64,000 nucleotides of DNA. Origin: Candidatus Omnitrophota bacterium (GTDB taxonomy: Bacteria; Omnitrophota; Gorgyraeia; Gygaellales; Profunditerraquicolaceae). This document shows, piece by piece, positions 61,101 to 64,000 of this stretch. The stretch's first letter is position 1. Each line of letters begins with the position of its first letter. Both the position numbers and the translations under genes were made by a program. A model generated the notes under the pieces. The model did no database searches and was not told the origin of the DNA. It saw only the letters and a program-made list of their open reading frames with translations. The stretch spans positions 269,606 through 333,605 of the forward strand of contig JBAZKC010000002.1 of assembly GCA_041651035.1 (NCBI GenBank). The letters run 5' to 3'.

Positions 61101-61551
61101 TGGGATGCTCTTCTTCTTCAAAAGAAACTCCGGGTGAACGCTGGAGCTGGCTTACCACTACGCGTTCGTCGCCATTAATAATAAACGTGCCGGTTTCAGT
61201 CATCAACGGCAGCTCGCCGAAATATGCTTCCTGTTCTTTGGTTTCACGGGGGGTAGTTAACCTGAATTTCACCTTTAGAGGTGCCGCGTAATTCAAGGCC
61301 CGCGTCTTGGATTCAGCAATATTATATTTTGGTTTTGCCAGCGTGTAACTGATAAATTCCAGTTTTATGGAACGGTTGGGGCTCTCAATGGGGAATATGT
61401 CTTCGAAAACCTCTTGCAGTCCCTGCCGTTTTCTCTCGCTGATAGGCACATCCATCTGCAGGAATTCACGATAGGCCTCAAGCTGCACCTCTAGAAGATT
61501 AGGAAGATCGTAGACCTCTTTAAGTTTAGCAAAACTTTTTCGTTTAAGCAT
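58147..61551 (-). CDS. rpoB: DNA-directed RNA polymerase beta subunit
   Basis: 1134 aa, full-length RpoB. Confidence 0.97.
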   Translation of the reverse strand: MLKRKSFAKLKEVYDLPNLLEVQLEAYREFLQMDVPISERKRQGLQEVFEDIFPIESPNRSIKLEFISYTLAKPKYNIAESKTRALNYAAPLKVKFRLTTPRETKEQEAYFGELPLMTETGTFIINGDERVVVSQLQRSPGVSFEEEEHPTGKKIFYGRIIPYRGAWLEFKYDLTETILVYVDRRRNFPATQILRTLGFSTDAEIISAFGKEYAEITNTLKKDYTKNKEEAYLDFYRKMRPTEPVTKEAAESLFYRLFFDPARYDLERAGRFILNRKLGMDVPLEKRILDSATVIKVIEYLIKLKEGIGKIDDIDHLGNRRIKTVGELAQNQVRIGLSRVERSIRERLSILGEFDTLNVHYLINSKLLSNQIRDFFGRSQLSQFMDQVNPLAEMTHKRRLSALGPGGLSRERAGFEVRDIHPSHYGRVCPIETPEGPNIGLIASLSSYARVNPLGLLETPYRKVEDGRATKKIEYLTADIEEDKIIAQANVPLDENGYFVEREVSCRYKADFPKVPAKQVQYMDVSPKQLVSVAASLIPFLEHDDANRALMGSNMQRQAVPLMITEPPLIGTLMEEKVARDSGTVVVSQDSGKVTSVDTSAITVGKNIYHLKKFLRTNADTCLNQRPLVKLGQHIEKGEIIADGISTKNGELALGRNVLCAFMLWRGYNFEDAILVSEKLAKEDAFTSIHIKEFELEAVETRLGNEEITRDIPNVSEEALRNLDETGVVRIGAEVGPGDILVGKITPKTDSEPSPEERLLRAIFGEKAGDVRDTSMIAPPGVEGVVIDVHVFSRKDRGRKSKEEKTKELAKIRELKAYYKQEVEFVQTEKTVALAQLLKVDKKKIEKLDFSDNEEAKILAASFDEQVQELIAEEEQEIEKVRRGDDLPAGVLKRVVVYIATKRKLSEGDKLAGRHGNKGVVAKILPEESMPYLPDGTPIEIVLNPLGVPSRMNIGQILEAHLGWATKALGLHVGCPIFDGAKESEIKEMLKKAGLPEDGKITLRDGYTGEPFDHKVTVGYMYIMKLIHLVDEKIHARSIGPYSLVTQQPLGGKAQFGGQRLGEMEVWALEAYGAAFTLQEMLTVKSDDVSGRTRIYEAIVKGEQRLTHGTPESFNVLIKELQGLGLDIRTEKTK

Positions 61552-61588
61552 TTTTGTACTTGTTTGGCTTATTGTGCTTTTGGGTTAG

Positions 61589-61975
61589 TTATTTCAGTTC
61601 TACTGTGGCGCCGGCTGCTACAAGCTTTTTCTTCATTTCCTCAGCCTCTTCTTTCGGTACCCCTTCTTTTACGGTCTTTGGCGCGCCATCCACTAAATCT
61701 TTGGCCTCTTTTAAACCCAGGCTGGTCATGGTCCTGACTTCTTTGATCACCGCGATCTTGTTGGCGCCAGCGCTAGTTAATACTACGGCAAAAGTGGTTT
61801 TCTCTTCTGGAGCCGGAGCTCCACCCTGAGCCTGGCCGCCGGCTGCAGGTGCTGCCATCATAGGCATATTTGCTTTTACGTCAAACTTCTCTTCCAGGGC
61901 CTTAACCAAACTCGAAAGCTCAAGGACCGTCATGCTCTCTATGGACTTGATCATCTCTTCCAGATTTCCTGCCAT
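61589..61975 (-). CDS. rplL: 50S ribosomal protein L7/L12
   Basis: Canonical bL12 with an Ala/Pro/Gly hinge. Confidence 0.95.
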   Translation of the reverse strand: MAGNLEEMIKSIESMTVLELSSLVKALEEKFDVKANMPMMAAPAAGGQAQGGAPAPEEKTTFAVVLTSAGANKIAVIKEVRTMTSLGLKEAKDLVDGAPKTVKEGVPKEEAEEMKKKLVAAGATVELK

Positions 61976-62044
61976 TTTACTCTCCTTTTGTTTTTGTTCC
62001 CGCGTTGCGTTTACCTTATCGCAGGCTTACCCTGCTTAGCAACG

Positions 62045-62572
62045 CTATTGTCCTTTTTTATTCTTTATCTGATCTAAACAATAAACGAATTTAGTTAATA
62101 CCTGATTTAATGTTACGACTAATCCGCTTATCGGCGAATTCAAAGCTACGACCACCTTAAACCTTAAGGTTTCTTTGGAAGGCAAAGACGCCATTAACTC
62201 AATGTCCGCCTTCTCTAAAAGTTTATCTTTTAAAGCTCCCCCTGTTAATCCTAATTTTTCGTGGCTTTTTAAGAAATTGCACAGGACACGGGAAGCCTCT
62301 ACCGGCTCCTCTTTAACAAATATCAACCCGCAGGGGCCTTCTATCCTGTTGACCAGAATATCTATACCCGAATCGTGCAGCGCCCGCTGGGCAACGCAAT
62401 TCTTTACCACAAAAAGAGTAGCACTGGAAGACCTTAATTCTTTTCTTAGGGTATTTAAGTCCGGGCCCGATAAACCGGAATATTTTATAACTAAGACGGA
62501 ACCATGGTCTTTTAAATAACCCTTGATACGATTCTCTGATGTTTCTTTAAATAATACGCTGACTTTTTTCAT
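62045..62572 (-). CDS. rplJ: 50S ribosomal protein L10
   Basis: Canonical uL10. Confidence 0.9.
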   Translation of the reverse strand: MKKVSVLFKETSENRIKGYLKDHGSVLVIKYSGLSGPDLNTLRKELRSSSATLFVVKNCVAQRALHDSGIDILVNRIEGPCGLIFVKEEPVEASRVLCNFLKSHEKLGLTGGALKDKLLEKADIELMASLPSKETLRFKVVVALNSPISGLVVTLNQVLTKFVYCLDQIKNKKGQ

Positions 62573-62595
62573 TTTCTTATTTTATCGTTTAACGC

Positions 62596-63276
62596 TTAAG
62601 CCGCTATTCTCAAGCCCGGGTTCATGGAAGTTGAGATCGAAAGTCCGGAAACAAACTTGCCCTTTACTGAGCCGGGTTTAGATTCATTTATAGCCTCGAT
62701 AACCCGCATGGCGTTATCGTATAATTTATCCTCATCAAAAGAAAGCTTGCCGACCGACAAATGAACACCCCCCTGTTTATCAACGCGGAATTCAACCTTG
62801 CCTCTTTTGACGTCTTCGATCGCTTTGGCGATGTCATTTGTTACTGTCCCGGTCTTAGGGCTGGGCATAAGGCCCCTGGGGCCTAAAACCTTTCCTAATT
62901 TACTTAAGTCCTTCATCATTTCAGGAGTAGCGATGGCGCAGTCAAAACTTAAAAAACCGGCTGCCACTTTATCTATCAGGTCATTGGCGCCCACAAAATC
63001 CGCCTGCGCGTCTTTGGCGAGCTTCTCATGCTCACCCTTGCAAAAAACCGCTACCCTTACCTTCTTGCCTGTACCGTGAGGCAGGACTACTGTGCCGCGG
63101 ACCATCTGGTCGGATTTCTTAGTATCCACGCTTAAGTTAAAATGCAGGTCCACGGAACCGTCAAATTTTGGAGTTGCCATCTTTTTAAGGATCAGGATGG
63201 CATCTTTTAACTGATACGCCTTGCTCCTGTCAACCTGCTTTTCGGATTCTTTATATCTTTTACTGCGTGTATTCAT
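62596..63276 (-). CDS. rplA: 50S ribosomal protein L1
   Basis: Canonical uL1. Confidence 0.95.
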   Translation of the reverse strand: MNTRSKRYKESEKQVDRSKAYQLKDAILILKKMATPKFDGSVDLHFNLSVDTKKSDQMVRGTVVLPHGTGKKVRVAVFCKGEHEKLAKDAQADFVGANDLIDKVAAGFLSFDCAIATPEMMKDLSKLGKVLGPRGLMPSPKTGTVTNDIAKAIEDVKRGKVEFRVDKQGGVHLSVGKLSFDEDKLYDNAMRVIEAINESKPGSVKGKFVSGLSISTSMNPGLRIAA

Positions 63277-63291
63277 TTTTGGTTTCTTGCG

Positions 63292-63717
63292 TTATCCCTC
63301 AACAACAATGCCCATGCTTTTGGCGGTCCCCTCGATAATCTTAACCGCCTGGCGCAAATCCGTAGCATTTAAGTCCTGCATTTTCTGCCTGGCTACATCC
63401 TCTACCTGCGCCTTAGTTACCTTGCCTATTGTTTCTTTACCGGCCATTCCTGAAGCCTTGGCCAAATTAGCCGCCCGCTTTAACAACACCGAAGAAGGCG
63501 GGCTCTTGATAATAAATGAGAACGTCCTATCTTCGTAAACGCTGATTATCACGGGCAAGACCAAACCATCCCTGCCCTTTGTCTGATCATTGAATTGCTT
63601 GCAGAACTGCATGATATTGACGCCATGCTGGCCTAAAGCGGGCCCAACAGGCGGAGCAGGGTTTGCCTGCGCTGCCGAAACATATAATTTAATTTGTGCC
63701 GTTATTTTTTTTGCCAT
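63292..63717 (-). CDS. rplK: 50S ribosomal protein L11
   Basis: Canonical uL11. Confidence 0.95.
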   Translation of the reverse strand: MAKKITAQIKLYVSAAQANPAPPVGPALGQHGVNIMQFCKQFNDQTKGRDGLVLPVIISVYEDRTFSFIIKSPPSSVLLKRAANLAKASGMAGKETIGKVTKAQVEDVARQKMQDLNATDLRQAVKIIEGTAKSMGIVVEG

Positions 63718-63736
63718 GCGTCGCTATCTAGCCTGC

Positions 63737-64000
63737 TTAAACTTTTTCCACCTGCCAATATTCTAATTCTACGAGTGTCGCCCTGCCAAATATAGAAACA
63801 CTGACCTTGATCTTGCCTTTTTCAGGATGGATCTCCTCGATACTGCCGTTAAAATTCAAGAAAGGCCCTTCGGTTACCCTGACCTGCTCGCCTTTTTCAA
63901 AAACAACCTTGGGGCTGGGTTTTGCCTGTGTCTGTTCCGTCCTTTTAATGATATTATCTACTTCCCCTTGCGGCAAAGGCATGGGTTTCTTTCCCAAACC
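63737..64000 (-). CDS. nusG: Transcription antitermination factor NusG (3' part only; gene continues past the window end)
   Basis: The C-terminal KOW domain is GEQVRVTEGPFLNFNGSIEEIHPEKGKIKVSVSIFGRATLVELEYWQVEKV. The frame is open to position 64000. Confidence 0.85.
   Translation of the reverse strand, partial: GLGKKPMPLPQGEVDNIIKRTEQTQAKPSPKVVFEKGEQVRVTEGPFLNFNGSIEEIHPEKGKIKVSVSIFGRATLVELEYWQVEKV

Overview
Every gene I can support in this 64 kb window lies on the minus strand, with no gap between genes longer than about 200 nt. From high to low coordinate the window holds the following.

- **Translation/transcription supercluster (63997 down to 34792).** This is nusG (3' part), rplK-rplA-rplJ-rplL, rpoB-rpoC, rpsL-rpsG-fusA-tuf, then the S10, spc and alpha ribosomal-protein operons. 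rpmJ (L36) is present as an unlisted 37-aa GTG-start ORF. rpmD (L30) is absent.
- **Amino-acid/TCA-like operon (34776 down to 26463).** An aminotransferase is followed by a small LeuC/LeuD-like aconitase-family pair interrupted by pilT, then an NAD-IDH-like dehydrogenase, mdh, lpd, lipB and a standalone 78-aa lipoyl-domain protein. The operon ends in an intrinsic terminator.
- **Signalling operon.** HTH regulator, polytopic histidine kinase, REC-only regulator and a GAF/HD-GYP protein, behind a near-consensus sigma70-like promoter.
- **Envelope/LPS genes.** An MGDG-synthase-like glycosyltransferase, an LpxL-like acyltransferase, a GT2 enzyme, a small membrane protein and a TonB-like protein.
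- **Long translation-flavoured operon.** rpsU (unlisted), a TIM-barrel protein, a Memo-like protein, a DUF1844 protein, a Trm112-like protein (unlisted), aroQ, pepP and efp.
- **Biosynthetic run.** accB-accC-asp23-amaP, a PPi-type phosphofructokinase, gmhA, rfaE2 (heptose), a small overlapping ORF, thiE and thiC.
- **tRNA-Gly(CCC)**, with a tightly coupled block immediately on its 3' side: a NlpD-like degenerate-LytM lipoprotein, an archaeal-type P-loop ATPase, a YfcE-like phosphoesterase, a dGTPase, a second GAF/HD-GYP protein, a SPOR protein, a small protein with a Lys/Ala-rich tail, and a partial secreted protein.

I saw no CRISPR array, transposase or integrase. The organism looks like an uncultivated Gram-negative lineage, judging by the heptose-LPS genes, TonB and PilT. 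Several ribosomal proteins carry Lys/Ala/Pro-rich tails.

All coordinates were anchored on start and stop codons read from the sequence.
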